DNA of 64,000 nt, taken from contig JBDOQK010000006.1 of NCBI GenBank assembly GCA_040437565.1, positions 558,001-622,000 of the forward strand. Reading direction: 5' to 3'. Source of the stretch: Albugo candida. Lineage: Eukaryota. This document shows positions 1 through 11,057 of the stretch, piece after piece (position 1 is the first letter of the stretch; the number at the start of each line of letters is the position of its first letter). Both the position numbers and the translations under genes were made by a program. The notes under the pieces were generated by a model. That model saw only the letters and a program-made list of their open reading frames with translations. It ran no database searches and was not told the origin of the DNA.

Positions 1-113
1 ATCGTATGCTTAGCGTGCTCTCATGACAATGAGACTGCATTTTATAGCGCTCATACATATTCTTAGCAGTTTCTCTCATTCCTGCCCCGCGAGAAACATT
101 CCTGAGTATCGAG

Positions 114-2594
114 ATGTTGCATCCATTCTGGCCAAATTCGATTAGACGTCACTTATCTACAAACAATTCTGCGGCATTTACAAATGTATCTGCTAGTGAA
201 GCTGGTATAGCTGCTCGAAAAGAAGGGCTCCGATATCTTACAGAAAAGTTTCATGTTTTGCAAATATTTCTGCTTGCAGGATATGGTATTATGTTCACGC
301 TTTGTGTGATTTTGATCTGCTACATGCGATACAATCGAAGTGTAGCATTTCGAGGTGATGTCAGTGCCGCACGGAAGATCATTCTTCCATGCTTTGAGCC
401 TCTGTTATGGATTCTAGGCGGTGCGACCGGTGTATACACAGTCTACTTTTGCATCGCCTTGGCACAAAACATCTATACAAATGATATAGCAAAAGTCCCG
501 ACCGAAGTGTTTTACTCTGGTCGCCAATCGGTATTTCTTTCTGTCATAGTATTCATGCTTCAGAAAAGTGTATCTATACCAGCTCTGCAGCGCACAGTTA
601 TCATCACGTTTATTTTGTCCACGTATACCATCCTGGTCGTATGGTTTATGGTGTATCGTAGCGATGGGAATCAGCTGTATTGGGCAACGACAGTCTCACG
701 GGCATTGTTGCTAGTGCTCTACACGTATGTGTTTATCAATCCTCCACAAAGAGCAAGTAAGCGAACCATTCGAGAATTTTGCTTATACGCATACGTATAT
801 TATGCGCTTCTGTTCCTTTATGGCCATTTGTTTTATCTGAAAAAGCTGTTTTGGGGTTTTACCTTAACATATTGTAATTTATTATGGGGATCATTGTGCC
901 CGCTTGTGATCTGGCGTGTTCTGAAAGCAGACACAGAGTATTGGAGAGGGATGGGCCAACGAGCTTGTGCACTACAGTCTCTATTTCGACAAAAAAACAA
1001 CATTCATGAGCTTATATCCTCACAGGGCTTGCACGTGTTGATCGAAATGCATCGGAAATTTATCATTGATTTTGCTTATTTGGAAATGAAACAACGGATC
1101 GGAATTGGTGCAAGCGCGGTGGTGTTTAATGGAATTCTGCATTCAAAAATTCCTGTTGCGATAAAAGTGTATACACCATCAGAATTTACAGAGGATACTG
1201 TTGCCCAATATTCTCACGAAGCCGCTCTTTGCGGCGCCTTGCATCATCCAAACATTGTCAAGTTCTACGGAATGTGTGTCTGCCCGCCAACGATTTGTCT
1301 TGTATCGGAATTATGTCAGGGCAGTCTTGAAGACGTAACTAGTGCCATTGCAAAAGGTCAACAGAAGGATCAACGACAGCAGTTTCTGATTGATCTTGGA
1401 TATATACTCGATGCTACAAGAGCAGTAGCGTATCTTCATAGCTTCTCGCCTCCATTTGTACATCGAGACATCAAACCAGCAAATTTTCTAGTAGACGCAG
1501 AATGTACAGTGAAACTCACTGATTTCGGTGAATCGAGAAGTCTTCCACGAAGTCAGATCAATAAGCAAAATGGTTCTTTGCTGAGCACACAGCCGGACAA
1601 TTCTACTTATAATGGGGCTTCCTTCCAATCTGTGACGGATCAGCGCTTCACAGATTCCGGAATGAAGCCTCATCGAGCAGCTATGACAGTCCGAGGTACC
1701 GTTGACTATATGGCACCAGAAGTGATCAATGGAAAAGCGGGTTTGGCCACTTATGGCGAAGCAGCCGACGTATATTCGCTAGCCATAACTATCTGGGATA
1801 TACTATGCCCAAACAGCGAGAAATATCCTCGCGTCAATTGCAATAATCACATGCAGATTTTCCAACTGGTTGTGGATGGTAAACGACCCATACTACCTTC
1901 TGATATGCACCCATCCTTAAGCGAGCTACTTCAAAGTGCGTGGCATCCGGATGCCAACATGCGGCCCTCAGCAGTCAAAATCGTTCGTATTTTAGAGAGC
2001 ATACAGGAGGAAGTACTAGCTGATTTTTCCTCACAGATTGTTTCAAAAATCGAACAGAATGTCGGAACAAAAGCTGTCAATCATTCATCGCGGAAATGCT
2101 TTACTGGGTACCACGCTAGTGAACAACTTGTCGAATCCGGTTGTGTGGACGGAATTGGCGAAGCATTACGACTCGGAAATGCGTTTATGGACGCAGGACT
2201 CATTCACCACGTGAAACACAGCAGAGCTTTCGAATACTCAGATGCGACTTATTTTTTTGACGATACAAACATCCACTTGTGTCAGCCTATCACAGCGTCC
2301 AAAGTGAGCAGCAAGGGAAGCACCCGGCATTTGGCGTCAGTAAATGGCAATACGATATGCAGTCAATCGGACCATCATTCACATACAATGAGTTTCCATT
2401 CAGATCAAGACTTGGACGGAATGTGTGAATGTCGAAAACTTGGACAAAAATTAGAGCCTGTCAAGGTCTCCCGCCGACGATTTCGTAAAAAATTAAAAGC
2501 GGTTTACGAGGAAAATATGCTGACGACTCGACTTCTTGCTAATGAAACCAGCGACTTTGACGACTTTGATCTATCCGCGCCACCATGTGCTTGA
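114..2594 (+). CDS. 7TM (GPCR-like) - TKL protein kinase - DEP domain protein
   Basis: 826-aa ORF with seven hydrophobic segments ending at ADTEYWRG; kinase motifs GIGASAVV, VAIK, HRDIKPAN, DFG, GTVDYMAPE; C-terminal DEP-like CFTG...EALRLGNAFMDAGLIHHV...F...YFF. Confidence 0.9.
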   Translation: MLHPFWPNSIRRHLSTNNSAAFTNVSASEAGIAARKEGLRYLTEKFHVLQIFLLAGYGIMFTLCVILICYMRYNRSVAFRGDVSAARKIILPCFEPLLWILGGATGVYTVYFCIALAQNIYTNDIAKVPTEVFYSGRQSVFLSVIVFMLQKSVSIPALQRTVIITFILSTYTILVVWFMVYRSDGNQLYWATTVSRALLLVLYTYVFINPPQRASKRTIREFCLYAYVYYALLFLYGHLFYLKKLFWGFTLTYCNLLWGSLCPLVIWRVLKADTEYWRGMGQRACALQSLFRQKNNIHELISSQGLHVLIEMHRKFIIDFAYLEMKQRIGIGASAVVFNGILHSKIPVAIKVYTPSEFTEDTVAQYSHEAALCGALHHPNIVKFYGMCVCPPTICLVSELCQGSLEDVTSAIAKGQQKDQRQQFLIDLGYILDATRAVAYLHSFSPPFVHRDIKPANFLVDAECTVKLTDFGESRSLPRSQINKQNGSLLSTQPDNSTYNGASFQSVTDQRFTDSGMKPHRAAMTVRGTVDYMAPEVINGKAGLATYGEAADVYSLAITIWDILCPNSEKYPRVNCNNHMQIFQLVVDGKRPILPSDMHPSLSELLQSAWHPDANMRPSAVKIVRILESIQEEVLADFSSQIVSKIEQNVGTKAVNHSSRKCFTGYHASEQLVESGCVDGIGEALRLGNAFMDAGLIHHVKHSRAFEYSDATYFFDDTNIHLCQPITASKVSSKGSTRHLASVNGNTICSQSDHHSHTMSFHSDQDLDGMCECRKLGQKLEPVKVSRRRFRKKLKAVYEENMLTTRLLANETSDFDDFDLSAPPCA

Positions 2595-2762
2595 TCGTAC
2601 TTAATCGAACAATACAAAGGACTGCATGTTCCTTAATTTTAGCCAATCATCGTATCCACACTCTAGGCGGTTGAGCACCAGTCGAGGTTTTCGTCGTCCC
2701 CTTCCTTGCGAAGAAAACTTACGAAACGGTGAAAAAAGGAACTTAAGCAAAACTAATTTGGC

Positions 2763-5174
2763 ATGAAACAAGGTTCGGGTAAACGTTTGAATGATAAACA
2801 GCGTATCGAGATCATTCAGTTATCAGAAAACAGTAAAATAACAAAGCGACAATTAGCGGATGATTATGGTGTTAGTGAAGCTGCAATTCGAAAGTTACTT
2901 CTTAAGAAAGATGAATTCCTGAAACGATATTATGACGCGCCTGAAGAGCTTCGCGATCAACGGCTACGAGGCAAAAGCGCAACACGAATGCTTGGAGGTC
3001 TAAGCAGTTATAAAAATGATTATATAACAAACTTATCAATGGACGCCATGAATTCGAATGGAAGTGCTCCAATGCTCGGTTTATTGTCGAATTCGGGAAA
3101 ATTTGATGCCGAATTGTCGAATGCGAATAGTGCGATAGTCGCGGCAGCAGCTGCAGCAATGGGAAGTAATTTCACTTCTTTATCGTCGAGTAGTTTATAT
3201 CCACAAAATGAGCCTTGGATGCAAGGATACCCGTTATTGATTGAAAAAATGACTCCATTTTTGCGTGAGTTTTGTCAGCAAAAGTTTTTTGACCCGACAG
3301 TGGCTGAATTACACGCAGGGACATCCCATTTGAAAGGACCGAACGAAGATGTCACAGGTCCAAATTTGATACAAAAGACAGTCGCACGAGTAGAAGAAGG
3401 AATGCTCGAAACTTCGGCTTGCACGACGGAGAATGATATAAGCCCCGGGATCGGTGTCGGAATCGACGGTAATGGAGTGCAAGTGTCGACATCGTCGACG
3501 ACATCAGAGGTTTATGGCGATAATCCATCACTCGAGAATCGGATGTTGGACTGGATTGGGCTTGCACGAATGTTGAGAGATATTCGATATTCTCTTCATT
3601 GCAACCCAGAACTTGGATATCGCGAAAGGAAGACACAGTCTTTTATTCGGCATTTTTGTGAGACAGGACTGAAAATCCCAAGTGAAAATATTCAAGTCTT
3701 GGCGAATACAGGACTGGTCATTGATATTTGCTGTGATAACGCGATTGTCGAAAGTACAGAGAAGCGAAAACTTCCGGTTCTGGCTTTCCGAGCTGATATG
3801 GACGCTCTTCCTATCGAAGAAATGAATAATCATCTACCTTATTGTTCCCATCAGACGAAAGGAAATCAAGATGAAAGCCGAAAGCGAAAAAAAAGACGAC
3901 ATAGCTCTACGAACAATCCGGAATCCTCATCAATTACCATACAACTTGACGAGACGACTTGTCCTCCGTCCGATCTTGCAAACAACTGTGACCAGTTGAA
4001 GACGACCTTGAACATAGAAAGCGATGTGGAATCGCCTGCCTCCGCACATGAAAAGCAAAGTATCGCAGGTCAACCACTCGAAAGGATCAAAATTGAGTCT
4101 ACAGCATTACACACGTTCAATCCCTCGTCTATGCGCGCTGATAGCTCAGAAGTTAGGCAAGAGGTTTCGGGGCTAGAATTGGACGAGATGCCACGAGCTG
4201 CAAGCGTACCCGCTGCTCACATGTGCGGCCATGATGGTCACATGACGATACTATTGGGTTTGATGACACTGATTGTTCGTCAATCACATCTTCTGCCTCG
4301 CGACTCCGTCATTCGCTTTTTGTTTCAACCGGCTGAGGAAGGTCCCGGAGGGGCACAGCGAATGATCGAAGAAGGTGTCTTAGACATTGTCGACGAAGTC
4401 TACGGCTTACACAATTATCCCTTCCCACTGTACAGCATCCACGCAAGACCTGGACCTGTGATGGCGCATGAGATCGAATTCACTATCAATATCCAAGGCA
4501 TTGGTGGACATGCATCTGCTCCTCAAGATTGCGTTGATCCTGTGTATGTCGGCTCCACAATCGTGCAAGTGTTACAGTCTATCGTGAGTCGCTCCCTGTC
4601 TCCGACGGAAAACGTCGTGATTTCTGTCACACAATTTCAAGCTGGAGATACAAACAATGTGATTCCATCCATTGCAAAGCTCGGTGGCACAATACGTAAC
4701 TTCGATTTGAAGCTTGCCGACTCGATCAAGAAGCGTGTAGAACTAATAGTGCAATCTTCATGTCGAGCGCTTGGGGCAACATGCACAATCAGCTTTGTGG
4801 ACGGTTATCCTCCGGTTGTAAATCCTTATCAGGAGACTCGACTGGTACAGCAAATCGCGCATGAAGTCGGATTATATGTGAGTCAAGAGGGTCTCCCATT
4901 AATGGCAGCAGAGGATTTCGCGTATTATTTACAAGAACGTAAAGGCTGCTTTTTTTTCCTCGGAACCAAAGAGCAGCATGATGATCCCGTCAAACGAGCT
5001 CTCCATTCCAATCGATTCGATTTCAATGACAAAGCCACACCTTTGGGTATTCGAATGTTTTTGGGTATTATTCAGGCTCGTTTTCAGTGCTTTTTATATT
5101 CTTTGGATGAGATGCAAACTTTTCAGGTTGCAATGGAAAGGATTTTGGGCGAGCCTAATTATGCGATTTGCTGA
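2763..5174 (+). CDS. M20D-family amidohydrolase with N-terminal CENP-B/psq-type HTH
   Basis: 803-aa ORF; M20D motifs HCNPELGYRE, RADMDALPI, HMCGHDGH, FQPAEEG, AEDF, LHSNRFDFND; N-terminus RLNDKQRIEII...KRQLADDYGVSEAAIRKLL is HTH-like. Confidence 0.85.
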   Translation: MKQGSGKRLNDKQRIEIIQLSENSKITKRQLADDYGVSEAAIRKLLLKKDEFLKRYYDAPEELRDQRLRGKSATRMLGGLSSYKNDYITNLSMDAMNSNGSAPMLGLLSNSGKFDAELSNANSAIVAAAAAAMGSNFTSLSSSSLYPQNEPWMQGYPLLIEKMTPFLREFCQQKFFDPTVAELHAGTSHLKGPNEDVTGPNLIQKTVARVEEGMLETSACTTENDISPGIGVGIDGNGVQVSTSSTTSEVYGDNPSLENRMLDWIGLARMLRDIRYSLHCNPELGYRERKTQSFIRHFCETGLKIPSENIQVLANTGLVIDICCDNAIVESTEKRKLPVLAFRADMDALPIEEMNNHLPYCSHQTKGNQDESRKRKKRRHSSTNNPESSSITIQLDETTCPPSDLANNCDQLKTTLNIESDVESPASAHEKQSIAGQPLERIKIESTALHTFNPSSMRADSSEVRQEVSGLELDEMPRAASVPAAHMCGHDGHMTILLGLMTLIVRQSHLLPRDSVIRFLFQPAEEGPGGAQRMIEEGVLDIVDEVYGLHNYPFPLYSIHARPGPVMAHEIEFTINIQGIGGHASAPQDCVDPVYVGSTIVQVLQSIVSRSLSPTENVVISVTQFQAGDTNNVIPSIAKLGGTIRNFDLKLADSIKKRVELIVQSSCRALGATCTISFVDGYPPVVNPYQETRLVQQIAHEVGLYVSQEGLPLMAAEDFAYYLQERKGCFFFLGTKEQHDDPVKRALHSNRFDFNDKATPLGIRMFLGIIQARFQCFLYSLDEMQTFQVAMERILGEPNYAIC

Positions 5175-5291
5175 GCATTTTACCGAAGTAAAGCATTATA
5201 AGGAAGTAGAACAGATTGTTCTTGTGTTTCAGCTATTGATAAGAAAAGGCTTTTCGATGATTCATTCCCTTCTTTCATTAGGCTAAGGTAT

Positions 5292-6103
5292 CTACAAAAC
5301 TTTTTTGATAAATTTGTTGATCTCTTCTCCACGGTTTCCTGCGTCACCGCCTTCGGCGTGATGAATGAGTTTCTTGACATAGCCTCCATTTGGAGATGAC
5401 AATTGGAATGGCCACAAAAAGTTGGATGCTGCTTTGAAATTTGGCCCGACTGTGTAGATCTCGTGGATAAGGTCCTCCATACAAATGATACCCACATGTC
5501 CAAGCGCCTTCTCGACGATCGCATTCTTGGTTAGTGGAATGCGTTGGCCGTCCACTTTTCCATAACCACGCTTGTAAACGAGTTCACGCACAGACTTAAG
5601 ATTGGGTGATCCATAAGTGATAAAAGGCTCCACAAGTCGAAGCATATTGATAGTAGCTTTGTTGAGTTTGACAAAAACACCATTTTGGATTTGGCGAAGT
5701 CGAAACAGCTGCAAGATTTTGCGTACTTTGGGAGACACGCCAATAATACCTCGAATACGAACGACAAAGGCAAGTTTGGGCTCAGCTGGGACGGATATAT
5801 TGCCTGCGCTTTTGGCTTGACGACGCAACAGAATTCGCTGCTTTTCCATCTATATGCAAATATTAGCATTACGTCGGGAGGCTTCGACGTAGTATACATG
5901 TGAGAAATGTTACCTGACGATATTCTTTGACATATTTCTCAGCGCTTTTGAACGCAATCTGACGCACTTTTTTACTGTGCGTGCGGATTGAAGCTACTTT
6001 TTGCGCCCGTTTTTCCTTCACTTGTTGGATCGTACGACGCTTTTTCAGGATCGATTCGGGCACGAGCCTACATAAGTATCAAGTATAAATTGTGAGAATA
6101 CAT
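5292..6103 (-). CDS. RPL7: 60S ribosomal protein L7 (uL30)
   Basis: [43 protein letters not shown]; intron 5913-5850 (GT..AG) and a 5' intron ending at 6068; start at 6103 or 6188 (uncertain). Confidence 0.95.
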
Positions 6104-6459
6104 ACAAGTGTATCGAGTTCTTTTCTCCCCAATCCACGGAAGAAAAAGAAGGTGAGATGGAAGTGCACTTTGGTGCAAGCTGCGGCATCCTTCCGATATA
6201 TTTGAGCGGAGTGGTTGGAAGTATACCACACACGCCATATTCCTCTATCATGCTGCCAGAGACACAATACAGAGATAATAATCGTCTTATATGTATTTGA
6301 GGAGAAAAACAAGCCTTTTCGGGACGAATGCGCTTAATTTACTCCCAATTTCTTCCTCGATTTTGCAATCTCGGAGATGGATTTGATACTGTGTGATCAG
6401 ATGATCAGCATCAATGAAGCCTTACGCACATGAAGAGTTTCATCATATCCCTTCCGTGA

Positions 6460-7100
6460 ATGGAGCATCTTGAAAACGCTTCTTACACTTTGGGAGTTTC
6501 AGCAGCCATGGGAATGAATAAAGTCGAAAAATGCCAACTGGTTCGGAAATTATGATTTTGAATGGTTCTTAAGATTCCGATCCGCTGGTTGGATGATATT
6601 GCAGGTCTTCTATATAAAGTGGTCAACACTATCCTATTTATGAGTAGCGAATCGCTTTTGTCAAAATTGGCGCTCTTCGGTGCTGGATTTTTCTTCGGCG
6701 GCGCCCAATGCGGTGCTATCTTACTCCAACTATTACATGAAATCGTCGTGATATCAACATATCGAAGAGTAAGTGCTGATAACGATGAGGCATCCTGCTT
6801 GTTGGAGACGCTACTGTTGTAGATTGCCATGGCTCTCGTAATCATCGCACTTGTACTATTATATACATTTGTCATTTTCGTTCCCCTCAACGCAATTGCA
6901 AAAAAGGTGTGCATATCGAAAGTACTCTGACGAAAAGCAATACTTTACTATTTGTATAGGAATCCATGAATGATGTATCAGCACACGCGATAACGAGCTC
7001 ATTTCGACGCGAAGTGCGGCGTCGAGGAAGCTTCAGTATGAATTATGTCCTCGATATCAAAGCGCATGTCTTCTCTCAAACAAAACGTAGCGATTTCTGA
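6460..7100 (+). CDS. Hypothetical small membrane protein (4 exons)
   Basis: Three phase-0 GT..AG introns join MEHLEN...CQL / IPIRWL...TYRR / IAMALVIIALVLLYTFVIFVPL...KK / ESMND...SDF* into one frame with two hydrophobic segments; no family recognised. Confidence 0.5.
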
Positions 7101-7226
7101 TCAATAAAATGAAAAAAGGATTCTGCTTTTTAGATAAACACCCGCGACTCAAGATGATTGATTGTGAATAACCGTAATTGAAGTTATGAATTTCTCGTGG
7201 GATTCTTATTGCTATCTCATCCTACC

Positions 7227-8219
7227 TCATCCTACCACAATTAATGTGAGCACATAAAAAACGGTCGCAGCAGCAAAAGGTACTCTCATGCATGTCGAAC
7301 CGTTTGGTTTTGTGGTGTTGCCAGTAGTGGGCTCAACATCGCAGTGCAGACCGGAATATCCGTCTTTACAGGTGCATTTCCCATCCGAAGAACATGATCC
7401 GTGCGAATTACAAGCCATCGAGGTACTTGGATCACATTTACTGCATTGATCTCCTTTGGCACCAAAATTGCATGAGCATGTACCATTGGATTGCCCACTG
7501 GAGATCACGCACTTTCCCTTTGGACCACACTGCCCGAGGTTGTTGCAATCATTTGAAATTATGGTTGCGCAGTGATTCGAGCTACTGTACCCTGCATTGC
7601 ATCGACACGAATACTCTTCCGAAAAATCCTTCATAGGTGCACAAGTTCCGTGCGCGTTACAAAGTACTGGATTTGTATCATTGACTGCCCCACCGCATGC
7701 TTGAATCTGTGTCGATGTCAGATTGGTAATGTGTCCACCATTTGACGATACGTAATTCGTAGCATCCATGCATTTGTATATTCCATTCACAGTGACATTC
7801 GTTTCATTAAAAGAAAACGTACGCGAGTAACAGTCGACGCTAGAATGACTAGTTGTATTAGAAGCAACCGACGTATTGCTCTCCGAAGCTGAGGAGGATG
7901 CTGTAACGTTATGATACGAAGTACAATTTTGGACAGGAGTAAATGCACACACGGGTTGGACAAATCGATAAGCACTAGGCCATGAGCTGAATGTTGGACA
8001 AGTACCAGCAAGTCGTCCAGAGCATATTGCACCAGTTGAGATACACATTGTGAGTTGTTCCAGTCCAGGCGTCTTGGATTCCACGGCTACACAGTCGTAT
8101 CCATTACCGTATGCGGCCATACAGTCGGAATAACTGCTGCAACGACCCGGGAACGAGCTTGCATGAGACCCGTATTTGGACAAAAAGAAAACAAAAATTG
8201 ACAAGAACAGATTCGCCAT
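7227..8219 (-). CDS. Secreted or surface-anchored Cys-rich EGF-like domain protein
   Basis: Signal-peptide-like N-terminus; EGF-like Cys patterns (CNAHGTC...CRCNAGY, CNSHGSC...CTCKDGYSGLHC); several N-x-S/T sites; hydrophobic C-terminus (GPI signal or TM). Confidence 0.85.
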   Translation of the reverse strand: MANLFLSIFVFFLSKYGSHASSFPGRCSSYSDCMAAYGNGYDCVAVESKTPGLEQLTMCISTGAICSGRLAGTCPTFSSWPSAYRFVQPVCAFTPVQNCTSYHNVTASSSASESNTSVASNTTSHSSVDCYSRTFSFNETNVTVNGIYKCMDATNYVSSNGGHITNLTSTQIQACGGAVNDTNPVLCNAHGTCAPMKDFSEEYSCRCNAGYSSSNHCATIISNDCNNLGQCGPKGKCVISSGQSNGTCSCNFGAKGDQCSKCDPSTSMACNSHGSCSSDGKCTCKDGYSGLHCDVEPTTGNTTKPNGSTCMRVPFAAATVFYVLTLIVVG

Positions 8220-8516
8220 CAGAACACTTAAGTATCAGGTTGAGAGAGCTTTTTGAAGTGAGCGTGACGTGCTCCGATGTATGCCAAAAGTCGGTGACCG
8301 TTGATCTTCATATCAGAGGCCACCACGTCAGAACGCTCATCCGAAAAATGTACGGTTGCAAGCACACGAGTGCGAGGATCCCATCCAATCAGCCGAACAC
8401 CTCTTCGACGCTTCCGCAAAAAGCAATTCTATGACTGACCTGTTATAACAGATATCCTTTCCGAGTCATTTTCAAGAGCTCATTGCGATCTATAAAATTT
8501 AACAGTCACAGCGCTA

Positions 8517-9725
8517 ATGACTTCGCATCTTCTTAAAGATGTTTATATCATTGCCGCTAAGCGAACTCCATTTGGTTCGTTTGGAGGAAAGCTTAAGAAT
8601 CAAACTGCAACAGATCTATGCGTCCATTCTTCCAAAGCGGTGGCTGTTGCCGCTAAAATCGATCCCAATGCCATTGACTCTGTGTATGTCGGTAATGTGG
8701 CACACACTTCTGCTGATGCTGCCTACATTTCTCGACATGTCCAATTACGGGCTGGTATCCCTATTGAGAAAACAGCACTTAGTGTCAATCGGTTGTGTGG
8801 AAGCGGGTTTCAAAGTATCATAAATGGCGCCCAAGCCATTCAGCTCGGGGAAGCAGAGGTCTCTCTCTGTGGAGGGACAGAAAACATGTCACAGTCTCCG
8901 TACGCGGTATACGGGCAACATGCTCGCTTTGGTATCAGTCTTGGAATGGGATTACAGCTACAAGACACTCTGTGGTCAGCGCTAACGGATACATACTCGA
9001 ATACTCCAATGGGAATCACAGCGGAGAATCTGGCGGAAAAGTACGGTGTGACTCGCGAGGAATGCGATTCTTTTGCACTGCGAAGTCAAACGTTGTGGGA
9101 TGAGGCCAATAAGGCGGGGATTTTCAAGTCTGAAGTAGAACCGCTAGAGCTTTCCAAAAAAAAATCGGGTGAAGCCGAGCAGTTTGTTGCCGATGAAAGT
9201 CCACGAAGCACAAGTATGGAGAAGTTGGCTAAACTCAAACCCGTTTTCAAAAAAAATGGAGTCGTCACTGCTGGAAATTCTTCTGGAATTTCGGATGGTG
9301 CTGGTTCTCTCCTTCTTGCAAGTAAAGACGCACTCACACAACATAACCTGAAGCCAATTGCAAGATTAATTGGGTACCACGTGGCCGGGGTGGAGCCTTC
9401 GATCATGGGATATGGTCCTGTACCAGCCATCAAGGCTCTTTTGAAGAAGACTGGGTTAACAATTGGAAACATAGACATGTTTGAAATCAATGAAGCTTTT
9501 GCTGCACAGGCGCTTGTGTGTATCCGCGAGTTGGACATTGACCTCAAACTGGTCAATCAATCAGGAGGTGCCATTGCAATCGGCCATCCACTGGGGGCTT
9601 CAGGAGCTCGTATCACGACTCATCTCGTCCATAGCCTCCGACGAACGGGAAAAAAGTATGCGATCGGTTCAGCATGCATCGGAGGAGGACAAGGAATCGC
9701 TCTTTTGATCGAAAATACTGCATGA
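8517..9725 (+). CDS. ACAA2: 3-ketoacyl-CoA thiolase (ACAA2-like)
   Basis: KRTPFGSFGG, NRLCGSG, NEAFA, GHPLGASG and CIGGGQG motifs. Confidence 0.93.
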   Translation: MTSHLLKDVYIIAAKRTPFGSFGGKLKNQTATDLCVHSSKAVAVAAKIDPNAIDSVYVGNVAHTSADAAYISRHVQLRAGIPIEKTALSVNRLCGSGFQSIINGAQAIQLGEAEVSLCGGTENMSQSPYAVYGQHARFGISLGMGLQLQDTLWSALTDTYSNTPMGITAENLAEKYGVTREECDSFALRSQTLWDEANKAGIFKSEVEPLELSKKKSGEAEQFVADESPRSTSMEKLAKLKPVFKKNGVVTAGNSSGISDGAGSLLLASKDALTQHNLKPIARLIGYHVAGVEPSIMGYGPVPAIKALLKKTGLTIGNIDMFEINEAFAAQALVCIRELDIDLKLVNQSGGAIAIGHPLGASGARITTHLVHSLRRTGKKYAIGSACIGGGQGIALLIENTA

Positions 9726-9918
9726 AGACCAGAATATCAGTGTACGAATGCGTTTGTTGAGTCTGATTAACATGTAGCTATCAGTTCTCGCACAATGTCA
9801 AACTATTCCATTCAAGTTGATACTACAAGAATGGCGACTTGTCACGCTCAAGCGCAGAAAGCGCGTACCACCTACCTGGGTTGCTCCCCTACTTGAAGCA
9901 TTTAAAACTCATTACTAG

Positions 9919-11057
9919 CTATAATACTCTTCTTTCCCGGGACCGCGTGGAGCGAATATCACGAAAGCCATACCGATCTTGATCGAAACTACGGTCACGT
10001 CCTTGTTTTCGATCGCGACTGCGTGATTGCGACCGTGATCGTGATCGTCTACGATCCCTACGGGTGTGTTCACGAGGTCGTTCACGACTATGAGCGCGAT
10101 GATGCGAGTCTCCGTATCTCGAGTCATATCGACTGGGACCGCGTGCTTGATCTCCACCACCGTGATAGCTTTCAAAACGTATCTCTCCGATAGGTTCCCT
10201 ATGAGCACACTTGATGGCTTACAAAATAAATCAGTGAATGGCTCATCGTTCAACATACCTTCCCGAATACTTCACGTTGGCGCCTGGTCCTCCTTTTCGT
10301 GTTTCTCCAATTCCTCCTCCAAACTTTCGAGGTCTCCACTCGTGAACTGTCCTTCCTCGTTCAACATCCACCACAACACGCCTTCCATCAATTTTCTTCC
10401 CGTCAGCATATTTATACGCTGCTTTTAGATCGGCTTCATGCTCGTATTCGATGAAAGCATAACCACGAGATTTTCCCTCCTCATCTTCTACGAGTCTTAT
10501 GTGTTTGACTGCCCCGAATTGCTCAAACTCATGTCGGAGTTGCTTCTCTGTAGTCTCGTAGCTGATTCTGCCCACGAATAAGGTCTTGTATGCGTCTTCT
10601 GTTTTGCGATCGTCTTGTGCGGTAGGATCCCCTACATAAACAGTGTCAGATTTTCGACCATCATTCATACTATAAATGGATCTGACATTTGGCGATTTCT
10701 TGATTAAGTTTTTCTTGATGTTTTGCGATTTGTTCGGCTCGTAGACGTTCTTTACGCTCTTTTGGAGTCTCTGAAAGTAATCGCTGGGGAGGGGGATCTT
10801 TCTCAAACTAATACATAATCGGTCCTGCCGGTTTTATTTCCTGTTCGGAAGGGTAATAGAGCGCAACAAACCTGAGAAATAAAATCTGAAATTCCCGCAT
10901 ACGGCGGCATTTTACGTTTAGTCAGTTGAGGGAGATGAGTCAACGGCCCATTAGCCTCAAAGAGCGCTCGAATATGCATAGGAAGGTGGTGAATTGCTGG
11001 TCCCATCCCGCTGCTGCTCATCTGCCCTTTCGGCGTCATTTTACGTTGAGCATTCAT
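9919..11057 (-). CDS. SNRNP70: U1 snRNP 70 kDa protein
   Basis: Exons 11057-10872, 10807-10687, 10631-10259 and 10198-9919 splice in frame; [43 protein letters not shown]-rich tail. Confidence 0.93.

Noticed and set aside
9950-10130. Repetitive GATC/CGTG-rich tract and the 9915-10256 ORF
   Set aside because: It is the RS/RD-rich tail of U1-70K read in another frame.
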